A program made the position numbers and the translations under genes. DNA of 32,000 nucleotides from Candidatus Saccharimonadota bacterium (GTDB taxonomy: Bacteria; Patescibacteriota; Saccharimonadia; Saccharimonadales; UBA4665), in contig OY970322.1 of assembly GCA_963716945.1 (NCBI GenBank), positions 1,050,001 to 1,082,000 on the forward strand, written 5' to 3'. The notes under the pieces were generated by a model. The model had not been told where the DNA came from. It saw only the letters and a list, made by a program, of their open reading frames with translations, and ran no database searches. This document shows positions 31,823-32,000 of the stretch, piece by piece (within the stretch, counting starts at the first letter, position 1; each line of letters begins with the position of its first letter).

Positions 31823-32000
31823 ATGGCCGCTATGACTAAAATCGCGATTATTGAAGATGACCAGGCAATCAGCCAGATGTACCGCTTCAAGTTCGAAGCC
31901 GAGGGCTACGAGGTAGAAACGGCCGAGAACGGCAAGCTCGGCCTGGAATTGGTCCAAAGTATGAAACCGGACATTATCCTGCTCGACCTGATGATGCCCG
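31823..32000 (+). CDS. response regulator, receiver domain (3'-truncated by the window edge)
   Basis: MAAMTKIAIIEDDQAISQMYRFKFEAEGYEVETAENGKLGLELVQSMKPDIILLDLMMP. TATAAT (31811-31816) lies 6 nt upstream of the ATG. Confidence 0.85.
   Translation, partial: MAAMTKIAIIEDDQAISQMYRFKFEAEGYEVETAENGKLGLELVQSMKPDIILLDLMMP

Overview
This is a GC-rich (high-50s % by eye, not computed), very compact 32-kb chromosomal window. It holds 32 protein genes (24 on the minus strand), one tmRNA (ssrA) and one tRNA-Glu(UUC). Most of the content is housekeeping: a hypothetical-metG-tatD-cysteine desulfurase operon, a GH37 trehalase, dapA, an RpfB/YabE-like muralytic protein with rsmA(ksgA), pcrA, and a tRNA-Glu/pyk/pgk/tpiA block. 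Envelope and accessory genes are also present: a type IV pilin-like protein, two large surface proteins (one with an LVNTG sorting signal), and a soluble GAF histidine kinase whose membrane module is encoded separately. The rest of this group are a DUF2156 protein, a PRMT-like methyltransferase, an EamA transporter, a pyruvoyl arginine decarboxylase and a partial response regulator. The gene set and the tiny spacers suggest a small-genome monoderm bacterium, possibly Saccharibacteria/CPR-like; this is inference only. I found no CRISPR array, integrase, transposase or recognisable defence system. The most interesting signals lie in intergenic DNA. (1) Two similarly built units each consist of a promoter, a short leader ORF and a terminator with an alternative pairing. 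One has a Met-codon-rich leader ahead of the operon containing MetRS, and the other has a Lys-Lys-Lys leader ahead of dapA. In each, an 11-nt stretch at the 3' end of the leader ORF is perfectly complementary to the core of an intrinsic terminator. (2) A 695-bp AT-rich islet is bounded by perfect 30-bp direct repeats that duplicate the tmRNA terminator, and it carries one small 3-TM protein gene. (3) A TAGnnT/TAnnnT -10 hexamer recurs 6-9 nt upstream of start codons, which suggests leaderless mRNAs. (4) The tmRNA has a non-canonical T-loop and no canonical ...LAA tag end in any frame. All functional interpretations of these are inference from sequence reading, and no database search was possible.
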